Shown here piece by piece: positions 28,739 through 39,532 of a stretch of DNA of 64,000 bases. The translations under genes and the position numbers were made by a program. How positions within the stretch are numbered: position 1 is the stretch's first letter; each line of letters starts with the position of its first letter. The DNA lies in assembly GCA_044226015.1 (NCBI GenBank), contig JBGAHS010000006.1:448001-512000 (forward strand), written 5' to 3'. Below the pieces are notes generated by a model. That model had not been told where the DNA came from. It was given only the letters and a program-made list of their open reading frames with translations, and did not search any database. This stretch comes from Candidatus Obscuribacteraceae bacterium (GTDB taxonomy: Bacteria; Cyanobacteriota; Vampirovibrionia; Obscuribacterales; Obscuribacteraceae).

Positions 28739-31700
28739 GTGGATATCCGTTTCTGTCAAGCATGTGGAATGATCTTGCGCCAGAGCAAATCTTGCAAAGG
28801 TTGCGGCGCTTTCGCCACCGAACATTCACCCACATGCCTCAACAATGAGTTCACCCCATCGAGGGCCTTAGCTGTCGCTGTCAAAGACGACCCGCTGGTC
28901 ATTGAGCGAACGGTGAACCAGCTCAGGTATGGAATTCAGCCGATTGAAGAAAACGACGACGAAAGTCCGAGTCCAGCAGAGGAAATGAGTGCGGCTGGCA
29001 CTTATTTTCCCAAAGTCGAGGGCAAAACCTGGAACCCTAAGTCAGCACCAGTTCTAGGTGCAGGCAAGTATCAGGCGTCTTCAGAATTAATGGAGACACT
29101 CAGTAGTTTTTCCGATTCAATAGACAGCTCGACTGATTCATACGAAGAAATCCAGAAAATGAGTTCAGACGACATTTCTGACAGTTCAGAATATGACAAT
29201 TATTCCAATAGCGACTCATATTCCTCGAGCTACAGCGCTTCGAATACCGAAACTTCCGATTATGACTCGATAAGAGCTGAAAACCAGGTCACGGAACAGT
29301 CAGAAAACTTTTCGCTAATCGCATCCGACCCTGACGCTGCAATGCCCTCGTTACCTGAAGAGGAACCATACTTACCAGCAGCACCTTCTGAGCACACGCC
29401 CTCTGTCATACCATCGAGCTCGATAGGCAAAATACCCGGACCCAAATTTGGGACCACATCGATGGGAGGCATTGGTGCTTCAGCGATTGGGGCGATGGCG
29501 GCAGCAGCTGGAATGAGACAGCTCACCGAAGCAGCACAAACAGTTAAAGACAATAATGAGCCTCAACCCGAAGTTGATGACATGAACCGCTATGCAGATG
29601 CATACAATCCTTCAAACTCAGCTTTCATTCCAGAACCCAGAATTGAATCTGACCTGACTGAGACGGCGCCGGAATCACCAATATACGAGCCTCCGAAGGA
29701 CGGTCCTGCGTTTCAACCAGAGGAAACAAACAAGAGTCAAACGAGCACTTCTGACAGGGAAAAGCAAACCGCACAACCCGGCTTCTTCGATCTCAGTGGA
29801 GATGTGGATAAAGAAAAGCCAAATAGCGAAGAAAAGACTACAAAGAATTCGGGCACTATCTTCGATGCAACACCGCCCGCAGAGCCAGAGCCCGCGCCTG
29901 CACTTGCGCCGCCAGCTGCACCCGTTGAAGAAGTTAAACCGGTGAAGAAACGTGCTGTGATGAATCAAAACTTCTTTAGCGCAACAATGAATGAACCCTC
30001 GGTTTCAATCAGGGAATCTCAAGACGTTGACGACAGTAACACCCGAGTAATTTCAGATGACTCCCGTATTAGCGAAGATCGCACTGTTCTAATAAAAGAA
30101 AATAGCTCGGCAAAAAAGAAAAGAAGCGAAGTTGACGATGAAGATGCCGACGAGACTAAGGCTCGTAAGAATACTGGGAAAGCAAAAAAGAAAAAGGCAA
30201 AAGACCCAGCCAAAAAATCCTCAGCGATTAAGACAAAGCGTCGCAGTTTCAGCAGCAAGAAGGAAGACGAAGAGGATCTTGAAGAAGACGAGGATGATCT
30301 TGCAAACGGAGAAACTGATGATGATGATGATGATGAGCTAGTTGAAGACGAATCGGAGAAAAACGAGAAGGTCTCTAAAAAGTCCGTGGATGATAAAAAA
30401 TCCAAAGACAAAACAGCTAAAGACGATAAGAATTCTAAGAACAAAAATGACCTTCTCTCAGACCTTGTCGACCTGACAAAAAAAGAGAAGCCAAAGTCCG
30501 GTCCGAAATACCACGACCGATTTTCCAAAAACAGTGCCAAAGAGCCGGTAAAAACAGTAACAGTACTTGGGCGAACATTTTCACAAAAATTTCTGATCAC
30601 CATCGGACTGCTGGTCATGATGGCAGGGTTCCCATCCCTCGTACTTATTTCAACCGTATACACGATATTCCACGATTTGTTTCCTGGCAAGTCTCAAGCC
30701 ACCGCCAATTCAGGTGGCACCACAGCGCAGGGTCCTAGCCCGATAAGCATCGGACAATCAGGACTCAGCGGGAAATGGGACTTAGCATTTCAAAATCAAA
30801 CCACTATAGAAAAATGCTCTATGAATCTGGAGCAAAGAGGGAACGTGATTCAGGGATTGGGTGCTGATCGAAGAGGACCCTTTCAAATTGGTGGCACCGT
30901 AAACGGTACCACAGTGAATTTCACAAAAGTCTACGTACAACAAGGTCAGGTAGTAGGCAAACCAATTCAATATCAAGGTGTACTATCCACAAGAACCATT
31001 CAGACAGGTCCCGTGCTGCAATTAGACGGGAAGTGGGAAGTAACAAAGAGACAGGGTTATAGCTGGCGAGCACAAGTAGTAACGTACAGCGGACCATTTC
31101 AGGCGAGATTGACAGCTCCTTCAGAGACTGCCTCCGCCACTGGTGCTAGTACGGGTGCCAATGGAACCAGTACACCGGGCAACACAGAACGAGATCCTAA
31201 AAAAGCTCACGGATTTTTCTTCAATGTGGCGATAGGTATTGTCGGCATCGGTGTTGCTATTGCGATGCTTTCATTAAAGTTCTTCGGACCGTCCGGTTTG
31301 CTTAATATATGGGCCAAGAAGGAATACATTCCATCGCAGTTCAAGGCACAACATTTCAAAATGGTAAAGGAAATGGGCAAACCTTTGCGCGCTGGCGACA
31401 TTCCCCTCGGAATGAGAGAAGAATGGGGACTCCACCAGTTCTGGCTTCCCCGTTCACTTTGCCTTCCTTCCGAAGTCCGAGACAAAAACCCCCACATTCT
31501 TATTGTAGGAGCCGGGGCAACGGGCAAATCAAGACTACTTGCCAGTATGGCTGCCCAAGACATAAAGAACAACGACAGAGCGGTTGTCGTCATCGATTCG
31601 GACGGTTCGCTTGCCGATCTTTTGCTGGACTGGATTGCAAGTCAACCAGATGCATCAGCCTTAGCGAAAAGAGTGTTAGTTGTAGATCCGACAAACAACA

Positions 31701-33109
31701 TCAATGAAACTACATACAATCCTCTGGAATTTCCTCCAGATGGCGACTTGCAAAATACGGCATCTGCACTGGTGTTTGGATTCAAAGCTGCGTACACCGA
31801 GCCCCCAGGCTCACAAACCCAATGGAACCAACAAACTGCAAACATCTTACGCAACTGTGCTGTTCTCTTGATGGCAAACAACAAGACTTTGACTGACTTA
31901 CCCGTTCTGCTTTCTGACAACGACTTCAGAGATGTCTTGCTCGAAAAGGTTGAAGCCGAGAAACATCAGCGCAGTGAATATATAACGCTGGTCGATGCGT
32001 GGACCAACTACAAACGACTCGCCAGAACAGACCAATGGATTACTTGGATTGAACCTATTTTGAACAGAGTTCAACCTATGCTTTCAGATCCACGACTGCG
32101 TACAATTCTGACAAAGCCAAAATCAGATCTTGATTTACGCGAAGTCATATGCCAAAAACAAGTATTGATAGTGAAGATTCCACAAGGACATTTGGACCGA
32201 AATGGAAACTTGCTTGGCTCTCTCATGGTTGCAGGGCTGAAACAAGCTGCATTGTCTCTGTCCTCACGAAAAAACTCAAAGAAACGGCATCCTTGTTCTC
32301 TCTATCTAGATGAGTTGGATTCATTTATCGAGAAAGAAACTTTCGATTCAATTACAACAGAGACAAGAAAGTTACAAATTGGCTTTTGTGGGACATCAAA
32401 GACACTCCAAACCCTTCCCGAAGACTTCCGCAACCAACTTATTATCAACGTTGGAGTGATCGCAATCTTCGCCCTGGCAAAGAAGGATGCAGATATGCTC
32501 GGTCCACAAATGTTCCGCGTGGACGGGCGAAAGGTCAAGCATCAGACGATTCAAAACGTATTTAACAAAGTGAATTCTTCACCACAATTCGAGCTAATTA
32601 TGGATGAGGAAAAGTTGAACATTGATAGAGTTGTAGGGCAAGAGAAACAAACTTATTTTTGCTATCGAGTTGGCACCGTAGCTGGCGTGTTTAGAATGAA
32701 GTCGCCGATTTTTGATGATGCCCAGGCAAACGCAGTAAATCAAGATATTCTCGAGAGGCTGAGGACAAATAGGCAAAGTGAGCTGCTTTCTTCTGCATCG
32801 GATAGTTCTGATGATTCTGAAGAAGAAGAAGAAGATGATGATGATGATGGCGAAACTGCTGAAGTAACTGAAAAATCCAAAAACACGAAGGTAACAAAAT
32901 CAAGCAAATCGGCTTCAACCAAATCAAAAAGAAAGGCTGTAAAAGACGATGATGACGAGGTCGATGATAATGACGATGACGACGATGAGAACCTCGATGA
33001 TGATGATGATGATGATGACGATGACGACGAAGTTGATGACGATGACGAGGATGAAGAATCGGCCCCACGAAACAAAAAATCAAAGGCTCGACTAAAAAAG
33101 AAACGTTAA
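28739..33109 (+). CDS. VirD4/TraG/HerA-FtsK-superfamily membrane ATPase with a long acidic disordered N-terminus and poly-Asp tail
   Basis: N-terminal CxxC...CxxC; two TM segments; Walker A 'HILIVGAGATGKS', 'VVVIDSDG', 'YNPL', Walker B 'LYLDELDSF', 'ETRK'. Confidence 0.8.
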   Translation: MDIRFCQACGMILRQSKSCKGCGAFATEHSPTCLNNEFTPSRALAVAVKDDPLVIERTVNQLRYGIQPIEENDDESPSPAEEMSAAGTYFPKVEGKTWNPKSAPVLGAGKYQASSELMETLSSFSDSIDSSTDSYEEIQKMSSDDISDSSEYDNYSNSDSYSSSYSASNTETSDYDSIRAENQVTEQSENFSLIASDPDAAMPSLPEEEPYLPAAPSEHTPSVIPSSSIGKIPGPKFGTTSMGGIGASAIGAMAAAAGMRQLTEAAQTVKDNNEPQPEVDDMNRYADAYNPSNSAFIPEPRIESDLTETAPESPIYEPPKDGPAFQPEETNKSQTSTSDREKQTAQPGFFDLSGDVDKEKPNSEEKTTKNSGTIFDATPPAEPEPAPALAPPAAPVEEVKPVKKRAVMNQNFFSATMNEPSVSIRESQDVDDSNTRVISDDSRISEDRTVLIKENSSAKKKRSEVDDEDADETKARKNTGKAKKKKAKDPAKKSSAIKTKRRSFSSKKEDEEDLEEDEDDLANGETDDDDDDELVEDESEKNEKVSKKSVDDKKSKDKTAKDDKNSKNKNDLLSDLVDLTKKEKPKSGPKYHDRFSKNSAKEPVKTVTVLGRTFSQKFLITIGLLVMMAGFPSLVLISTVYTIFHDLFPGKSQATANSGGTTAQGPSPISIGQSGLSGKWDLAFQNQTTIEKCSMNLEQRGNVIQGLGADRRGPFQIGGTVNGTTVNFTKVYVQQGQVVGKPIQYQGVLSTRTIQTGPVLQLDGKWEVTKRQGYSWRAQVVTYSGPFQARLTAPSETASATGASTGANGTSTPGNTERDPKKAHGFFFNVAIGIVGIGVAIAMLSLKFFGPSGLLNIWAKKEYIPSQFKAQHFKMVKEMGKPLRAGDIPLGMREEWGLHQFWLPRSLCLPSEVRDKNPHILIVGAGATGKSRLLASMAAQDIKNNDRAVVVIDSDGSLADLLLDWIASQPDASALAKRVLVVDPTNNINETTYNPLEFPPDGDLQNTASALVFGFKAAYTEPPGSQTQWNQQTANILRNCAVLLMANNKTLTDLPVLLSDNDFRDVLLEKVEAEKHQRSEYITLVDAWTNYKRLARTDQWITWIEPILNRVQPMLSDPRLRTILTKPKSDLDLREVICQKQVLIVKIPQGHLDRNGNLLGSLMVAGLKQAALSLSSRKNSKKRHPCSLYLDELDSFIEKETFDSITTETRKLQIGFCGTSKTLQTLPEDFRNQLIINVGVIAIFALAKKDADMLGPQMFRVDGRKVKHQTIQNVFNKVNSSPQFELIMDEEKLNIDRVVGQEKQTYFCYRVGTVAGVFRMKSPIFDDAQANAVNQDILERLRTNRQSELLSSASDSSDDSEEEEEDDDDDGETAEVTEKSKNTKVTKSSKSASTKSKRKAVKDDDDEVDDNDDDDDENLDDDDDDDDDDDEVDDDDEDEESAPRNKKSKARLKKKR
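32945..33056 (+). repeat. GAY/GAR trinucleotide-rich tract encoding poly-Asp/Glu
   Basis: 'gatgatgatgatgatgatgatgacgatgacgac'; smaller tracts at about 30317-30336 and 32819-32849. Confidence 0.8.
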
Positions 33110-33125
33110 CACGGAGTCTGAAACC

Positions 33126-33584
33126 ATGCAATTCACGTTTTGCTCAGTCTTCATAGTGCTCACCTTAGCGTCCGTTCCCACGTTTGCAGCCGACCTACTG
33201 GATAAAGAAGCGTTTGCAGAGGGTCAAAAATGGGACAAGCAATCAGCCAGTCTATACGCGCAAGGTAAGTTCAAAGAAGCTATAGAGCCGCTCGAAAAAG
33301 CAACAGAATGCTATAAGAAGGGACTAGGTCCTAATCATCGCTGGGTTGGCGATAACTATACGCATTTGGGAAATATGTACTTCAATCTCAAGGACTACAA
33401 GTACGCTGAAACAAATTACAAAGCGGCACTCAAGATTTTCCAGAGCACCAATGGAAGCTGCCAGATGGGTGATGCTCTAAAAAATTATGCAACTATTTTA
33501 CGCAGCACAAATCGAATAGCCGAAGCTGAGAAACTGGAGAAGACCCAGTCAAGCTGCCCGGCGCCAGAAGCCACAAAAAAATAA
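33126..33584 (+). CDS. Exported TPR protein
   Basis: Signal peptide; 'LYAQGKFKEAIEPLEKA', 'LGPNH', 'LGNMYFNLKDYKYAETNYKAAL'. Confidence 0.85.
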   Translation: MQFTFCSVFIVLTLASVPTFAADLLDKEAFAEGQKWDKQSASLYAQGKFKEAIEPLEKATECYKKGLGPNHRWVGDNYTHLGNMYFNLKDYKYAETNYKAALKIFQSTNGSCQMGDALKNYATILRSTNRIAEAEKLEKTQSSCPAPEATKK

Positions 33585-33589
33585 CAGTA

Positions 33590-34708
33590 CTAGCGCAGTG
33601 AAGGCTCTTGCGAATTTGTGTTGAGGCTGTCAGTGCCGCTGCTTGGCGCGGAGTTGCTTGTAGCTGAATTGCTCTGGGTTTGCGTCTCCGATGCCCCTGA
33701 ACTGCTACCGCTACTGCTGGAGTTTGTGGAAGAAGTGGCGGAATCTGAGCTGGAAGCTGACGAAGCACCAGGCGCATTGCTTGCAGTACCGGTTGCTCCG
33801 TTGCCAGTCGAAGAACCGCTTGCAATCGCAGCATTCCCAAACGGATCAAACTTATCAATGCCCTCTCTGAGGCGATCGAAAAACGACTTCGGAATTTCCG
33901 TTTTCACTTTTTTCTCAACGCCAAACGCGCCAGCTGTCAGTTCAACAGACGGTTTTTCCTGCTGGCTTGGTATCATCACAAGCCCCTTCAACTTTGCCCA
34001 GAGCCCAACATCGAAGAAGATACCCTCAATGTTAGCCAGGGTGAAGTTGCCATCGTCATTCCGTTTTAGATCAAAGGCAATCTTTTTGTCGAGTCTCAAT
34101 TGTTTGACCTGTGGAGCACCAGCTGGAGCAGGTAGGTTAGCCACATCTTGCTGAGTACCGTCAGCCTTCTTCGGCATGAATGAACTCAAAAGGTCTTGTA
34201 TTTTTTGTTGAAATCTCTTGTCGAGACTAATTTCAATATGGTGATTATCTTCCTTGTTCAGGGCAGACGCACTGGTTGCACCAACGTGTTTAGCAAAACT
34301 AGTAGCAGTTTCATCAAACGATTCGAGGTTAATCGGCCGATAAACTCTACTGAGCTCATCTAGTTTAGATTGAGCCTCGGCACTGTCTTTAGACATATTT
34401 TTCGAAACTTCAATTGATTGCTTGAAAGCTGACTCTGCATCTGAGAATTTTGATTCCTTCGAAAAGGTGTCGCCGAGATGCACCAGAACAGAGGGAAGTC
34501 GCTCATCGCCAGGTGATTTTTCTAACTCAAGCTGCACCTTTTTCCAAGTTCTTTCAGCCTTTACAAAGCTGCCTGCATCAAAAGCCTTTTGAGCGAGGTC
34601 CATATTTTTATCAAGCAGCGTAGGCTTTTTGGTTTCTTCAGCCTGAGCAATATTAGTACTCAAAATCACGCTAAAAGCGAGCATGTACGGAAACAAATTC
34701 CTCTTCAT
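33590..34708 (-). CDS. Exported TPR-containing protein with a Ser-rich tail
   Basis: Signal peptide ending 'IAQA'; TPR 'LGDTFSKESKFSDAESAFKQSI'. Start taken at MKRNLF. Confidence 0.7.
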   Translation of the reverse strand: MKRNLFPYMLAFSVILSTNIAQAEETKKPTLLDKNMDLAQKAFDAGSFVKAERTWKKVQLELEKSPGDERLPSVLVHLGDTFSKESKFSDAESAFKQSIEVSKNMSKDSAEAQSKLDELSRVYRPINLESFDETATSFAKHVGATSASALNKEDNHHIEISLDKRFQQKIQDLLSSFMPKKADGTQQDVANLPAPAGAPQVKQLRLDKKIAFDLKRNDDGNFTLANIEGIFFDVGLWAKLKGLVMIPSQQEKPSVELTAGAFGVEKKVKTEIPKSFFDRLREGIDKFDPFGNAAIASGSSTGNGATGTASNAPGASSASSSDSATSSTNSSSSGSSSGASETQTQSNSATSNSAPSSGTDSLNTNSQEPSLR

Positions 34709-34899
34709 TCTTCTTGGCTTCCTTTGCGAAGTTCGTAAGCTCTTAATTCCCTCATATAGTGTACTTGAACCAGACACTTTGCTCTATCGAATTGAATGTC
34801 AGAAAGAACTTTTTCACCAATTTTGTCGGCATATCACCCAATCAGGTGACTCTAGACATCCACTTCGTGGAATATTCAGGTTAGCAAAGGCAAAGAAAA

Positions 34900-36825
34900 G
34901 TGTCTGAAAGCCCAGAGGATGAACAAGACAACACCATCAGTGCCGAGATCTTGCCTGCAAGATTTCGTCATGCAACTCTTATTGGAAAAGGTGGCATGGC
35001 AATGGTCTTTAGAGCCTTTGACAAAAGCCTCGAAAGAACAGTTGCGATAAAGCTATTGTGCTTCGATGGTGCAACGTCCGAAAAAATTCATCAGCGTTTT
35101 TTTCAAGAAGCCAAAACGCTATCGAAACTTGACCACCCAAATATCCTAAGAATTCTTGGAACTGGACTGACAAAAGGAAACGATCCCTTTCACATAATGG
35201 AGTTTCTGGAGGGACATTCTTTAGCGGATGAGCTGAAAGAAGGTAAGCTTGCCAAAGAAAAATTCTTCGACCTCATGATTCAAGTTGGTGAAGGACTCGC
35301 TTATGCGCACAAGAATGGAGTTCTTCATCGCGATTTAAAGCCAAGCAATATCTTCGTCCTTTCAACGAGTGAAGAACCGACAAAAGCAAAAATATTGGAT
35401 TTTGGAATCGCTACCGTTGTTGATGAACAGGATCCGACGCAGAATCTATTGGATGCAACACAAGGTACGGCAACAAAGTCTGATACAAAAACCCTGACAC
35501 GGAGCAATGAACTGCTCGGTAGCCCTGCTTACATGAGCCCCGAACAATGCATGGGCATTCCGGCGACAAAACTCTCCGATATCTATGCATACGGATGCAT
35601 CTTGTATGAGTGCCTATCAGGGCACACTCCTTTTGAAGTCATAAGTACGATGGACATCATGTATAAGCACATTCATGAGTCGCCGGACAGCCTGGAATCG
35701 CGGGCGCAGTCAGCACTGGCTAAACGTGTGGGCAAATTAGTTGACGATTGTTTGAAAAAAGATCCCACGCAAAGACCAGCATCGGTTCAAGAAATTGTCT
35801 CTCTTCTTCAAGAGTCTGAAAAAAACGGACTCAACTTAAACGAGTTCGTAAAGGCAATACCTGCGCCAAGGAAGAGTTCCAAAGCAATTTACTCAGTCAT
35901 TATTTTGATTGCAGCAATCATGCTTTTTGTAGCTTTGAACTTTCATAAGAATTATCAGGTAAGTCAAATCAAAGTAAAACACTCAAGCCTGACGCCTGAG
36001 CAGGAGAAAGAAAAGATAAGGACAGAACGAGACATAATTCCCTTGAAGAAGGACTGTTTGGATCTGTCAAAGCCAGAGGCAAAGCGCAAGAAATGGCTTC
36101 TGGCAATGACTCAAGCGTCTGAATATCTGGCAGACCTGCAGGTCAAAAATGGAGAGAGAGATAAAGCAACTGAAACACTCAATGAGGCTCTGAATATTTG
36201 TGATAAAGCTAAAAGCTCTATTAAAGATGAGAGCCCAGGGCTTCTCAAAGGGTCGATCTACTCCACCATGGGCGAGCTAAACGCGTCTGATCAAGATTTA
36301 GCAGAAGGCTTTTTCAAGAAAGCGCTTCAAGAAGTAAGAGATGCGGCACATGAAACTGAATCGGCACAAGAAATTTTTGTTCAGTCCTCAATATTCAAAT
36401 TCTACATGTCACATAAAGATTGGGTGAGGGCACGAAAAGAATTTACAACCTGGTGCCGCATTCGCAAGAAAGCAGAGCAATATCTTAAACGCGAACAACT
36501 AGAGGATTTACAACATGAAATTCGAAGATACCTTCAGCTCATCTCATCGGAGATAGCACTGAATGGGCAATCTGCAAGCCTCGAGGAAGCCGAATTGTGC
36601 GTGGACATGTGCGACTATGAGATAAACACGGCTGGCTCCGACATTGCGGTGCCTGCGTTGGGATCCTGCATGGTTCCTCTAAATAATATTCCTAAAGACA
36701 AGCGATACTTCACTTTTGCGCATCATATTTACGAGCTTCTCTCTCTTGGTTTCAAGCACCAAAACGAACCGGCACTGTCTGCAAAATATGAAAAGCTGGC
36801 GCAAGAAATGAAAAATAAGATGTAA
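34900..36825 (+). CDS. Membrane Ser/Thr protein kinase (Hanks type) with a TPR-like external domain
   Basis: 'GKGGMAMV', 'VAIK', 'RFFQEAK', 'HRDLKPSN', 'DFG', 'GSPAYMSPEQ'; one TM helix after the kinase domain. Confidence 0.93.
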   Translation: MSESPEDEQDNTISAEILPARFRHATLIGKGGMAMVFRAFDKSLERTVAIKLLCFDGATSEKIHQRFFQEAKTLSKLDHPNILRILGTGLTKGNDPFHIMEFLEGHSLADELKEGKLAKEKFFDLMIQVGEGLAYAHKNGVLHRDLKPSNIFVLSTSEEPTKAKILDFGIATVVDEQDPTQNLLDATQGTATKSDTKTLTRSNELLGSPAYMSPEQCMGIPATKLSDIYAYGCILYECLSGHTPFEVISTMDIMYKHIHESPDSLESRAQSALAKRVGKLVDDCLKKDPTQRPASVQEIVSLLQESEKNGLNLNEFVKAIPAPRKSSKAIYSVIILIAAIMLFVALNFHKNYQVSQIKVKHSSLTPEQEKEKIRTERDIIPLKKDCLDLSKPEAKRKKWLLAMTQASEYLADLQVKNGERDKATETLNEALNICDKAKSSIKDESPGLLKGSIYSTMGELNASDQDLAEGFFKKALQEVRDAAHETESAQEIFVQSSIFKFYMSHKDWVRARKEFTTWCRIRKKAEQYLKREQLEDLQHEIRRYLQLISSEIALNGQSASLEEAELCVDMCDYEINTAGSDIAVPALGSCMVPLNNIPKDKRYFTFAHHIYELLSLGFKHQNEPALSAKYEKLAQEMKNKM

Positions 36826-36838
36826 TTTCTTGGAACTG

Positions 36839-38257
36839 TTAAGAATGCGCAGAAGAATCGGGATGTGATAGGGCTTCCATTTCTTCGAGGTTTTCTAACT
36901 TAACCTCCTCACCCTTTATCTCAGGCATTTTTTCCTGCGAACGTAGGATGAAGAAAAGAAACGCGGCACATAGCCAACTTTGAACCGACGGAACCCCAAT
37001 TTGAAGTTTTTCCAAACCTGGAATGACTCCCGAGCTTCCAATTCCCACAATCATTCCGACTAGGACAGACCAGAATGCGGGCCAGCGCATGGAGGGCAAT
37101 TGATCAAAATCTGGAATTCTCGTAAAAAACGGAGTCATTTTTAAAACCTTCGACTCGTAATACCACTCGCAAATCATTACCACCGTAGGCAGTGGCAGCA
37201 TCACAGAGTTTAGCGAGCAAATTCCTTCTAGCGCCTTGCTTGCGCCAGAGCCAGCCAGCCAATAAGCCAGCACGGCTCCAATAGCTGCAAGTACAAAAAC
37301 GGTTATTCGCTGAGGAAACTTTGCCATGTTCTCAATAGCGTTGATGGCTCCGTATAAGTTTGAATCATTTGCTGCAAAATATGCAGCAGAAATGATCAGT
37401 ACTGCAAGTGCCGTCATTCCACCCATCGAGTGCTTCGTCAAGTATGCAGTTGCTGCAGCAGATTCCGTTATGCCTGATTGGTTAGCAAACAGCCAACCTG
37501 CAATGGGGAAAAGTAAACAGCCAATACCAAGTGATGCTACAAGCGGCCATACAGAGTGCGAGAGCTTTGGCTTTGCATAACGCCAGTAGTCGGGTTCGTT
37601 GCCCCATACACTGAAGCCAACCACGAAACTTGAGATTCCACAAAAGGCGTGCCAGTGCGAAACAGTATGCTTGGCAGAGAGAAGCGCCATAGGGTCAGCA
37701 GGAGCAGCTTTCACAAGTGAGATTCCAACCCAAATTAATAACAATGGTGCAGCCACAAAGCGAGCAAAATTTGCCACTCCACTAAAGCCAAAGAAGTTAT
37801 TAAATGCCATCACAAAAGACAAAAGAGCGGCAGAAACAGCAAGCGTCAATTTGATTGGCAGCAAATCAGTCAATTCATCGGCAAGACAGAGAGCCAGAAC
37901 TGTGTACCATCCAACGAAAATCCAGATCAGATTTGTCGAAATTATGCGCGAGCCCCAACTTCCGAAGACTGTCCTTGATAGAACAGCGTAGGTCTGACCG
38001 CTTACGGCTCCCAAGAATGCGGCAGGCACACTGTAAGCCATTAGCAAAGCACAACTGAGAATACAGCCAACGATTATCTGGCTGAAATTAAAGCCTTGTT
38101 TGAACCATTCGAAACCAATCAGAACCGACGGAAACTGTGTGACCATCGTCAACCACAGCAAAGCCATAGATACGGGGTCTTTCCTCAGCTCGAGCGGAAC
38201 CGCAGAAACGCAATACTCTTCATCGATTTTATTTTCAGAAGTATCGGTTGGAATCAT
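36839..38257 (-). CDS. Purine/cytosine permease (NCS1/CodB-like)
   Basis: About 12 TM helices; 'LSRTVFGSWGS', 'PDYWRYAK', 'NDSNLY'. Confidence 0.8.
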   Translation of the reverse strand: MIPTDTSENKIDEEYCVSAVPLELRKDPVSMALLWLTMVTQFPSVLIGFEWFKQGFNFSQIIVGCILSCALLMAYSVPAAFLGAVSGQTYAVLSRTVFGSWGSRIISTNLIWIFVGWYTVLALCLADELTDLLPIKLTLAVSAALLSFVMAFNNFFGFSGVANFARFVAAPLLLIWVGISLVKAAPADPMALLSAKHTVSHWHAFCGISSFVVGFSVWGNEPDYWRYAKPKLSHSVWPLVASLGIGCLLFPIAGWLFANQSGITESAAATAYLTKHSMGGMTALAVLIISAAYFAANDSNLYGAINAIENMAKFPQRITVFVLAAIGAVLAYWLAGSGASKALEGICSLNSVMLPLPTVVMICEWYYESKVLKMTPFFTRIPDFDQLPSMRWPAFWSVLVGMIVGIGSSGVIPGLEKLQIGVPSVQSWLCAAFLFFILRSQEKMPEIKGEEVKLENLEEMEALSHPDSSAHS

Positions 38258-38434
38258 TGACTAAAACAGAAGCTCCTGCTGAGAACAGAGGATGCAGCAT
38301 GCGTTACTGAAGGACACTGAATCAAACAAGTGTATTATCTCTCAATGCGATTAGTCCATCGAAGAAGCCGCATCTAGAAGACTTTTAGGTTAACTTATTT
38401 GAGGTCCACGAATGCAGCTGAAATTTGAATCAGA

Positions 38435-39499
38435 TTAGGCGCTTATGAAAGTCTGGATATTTTTGTTATCAGTAACGATGAGCACTCTGTCGCCGGTTTG
38501 CAACACTGTGGCTGGCGCCGGGTTCCAATCAACCGAACTTCCCCTCTGATGCATCAAAACCGTCACCTCATAGTCACCTCGAACGCGATCGATTTGCATG
38601 TTCTTCAAGGGACTGCTGTCCTCAATATTTAATTGAAAAGCATTGACTACAGTGCCGGCAAACTCGAAGGAAGCAAGCAAGTTAGAGCTCAGAGCCGCCT
38701 GAGCAAAAACCGGCGCGGAAAGAGCTGATGCACTAAATGCACCATTTATTCCGAAGGTCTTTTCCACTTTTTGAGCAAGCCGCTGATCGAAGACTCGAAT
38801 GATAATTCGACTTCCTGGAGCCAGATCTCGCACAGTCAGGGCGGCTTCTATGTTAGCGAGATCATTATCAGTAACGGCGAGGAATGCTTTCGCTTTTTTT
38901 ATTCCAGCCTTCTCAAGTACATGTGTATTAGTCACATCCCCTATCACAGCGGGCACATCATATCCCTCAAGTTCGGTCAAGAATGACGCATCAGCATCAC
39001 GCTCAATGCAAACAACATTTTCCCCATATCGCTTAAGGTGCTGCATGACTCGAAAACCGACGTTGCCCATTCCGGCAACAACAATGTGATTTTCAAAGCT
39101 GGCTGCAAGCATCTGTTGCCACTCCCTGGAGTTTGTTCTGTGTTGTAAAAGTAAGTGCCCGAGCTGAACTACGCCCTCCGCGATTACAAGCAATCCGAGA
39201 ATAGGCAAGCAAAAAAATACTGGTATCAAACGCCAATCATCAACGAAAGGAATTGGCATTTGAAAGAAAGTCATCTGAACCACATCATAAGCGATTCCAA
39301 GAAAAGACTGGTGATGTGGTGGCAGTTCTTTTCGGGGATAGAAGTTGTAGAGGACCATTACAGATCCCCAAAACGCAACGAAACTGCAAATCAAAAAGAA
39401 CCTGAATTCATAAAGCAACACTCGACAGAGTCGATAAAGATGTCGAATGCGACCTGACATAGGACGGTTTTCAGAAAATTGGCGTCCGCTACTTTTCAT
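38435..39499 (-). CDS. Potassium channel-like protein with TrkA-N/TrkA-C (RCK) domains
   Basis: TM helices; 'HIVVAGMGNVG', 'GDVT', 'AVTDNDLAN', 'LQTGDRVLIV'. Confidence 0.85.
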   Translation of the reverse strand: MKSSGRQFSENRPMSGRIRHLYRLCRVLLYEFRFFLICSFVAFWGSVMVLYNFYPRKELPPHHQSFLGIAYDVVQMTFFQMPIPFVDDWRLIPVFFCLPILGLLVIAEGVVQLGHLLLQHRTNSREWQQMLAASFENHIVVAGMGNVGFRVMQHLKRYGENVVCIERDADASFLTELEGYDVPAVIGDVTNTHVLEKAGIKKAKAFLAVTDNDLANIEAALTVRDLAPGSRIIIRVFDQRLAQKVEKTFGINGAFSASALSAPVFAQAALSSNLLASFEFAGTVVNAFQLNIEDSSPLKNMQIDRVRGDYEVTVLMHQRGSSVDWNPAPATVLQTGDRVLIVTDNKNIQTFISA

Positions 39500-39532
39500 T
39501 GGCTAATCATAGTACGAACGTCACTAAAAAGT

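Noticed and set aside
28739..33109. Integrative conjugative element around the VirD4-like gene
   Set aside because: No integrase, relaxase, VirB4 or att-like repeats seen; flanking genes are ordinary chromosomal types.
32691..33131. Poly-His and poly-Ser ORFs on the minus strand (also 30019-30690)
   Set aside because: Antisense shadows of the GAT/GAC/GAA-rich acidic tracts of the + strand gene.
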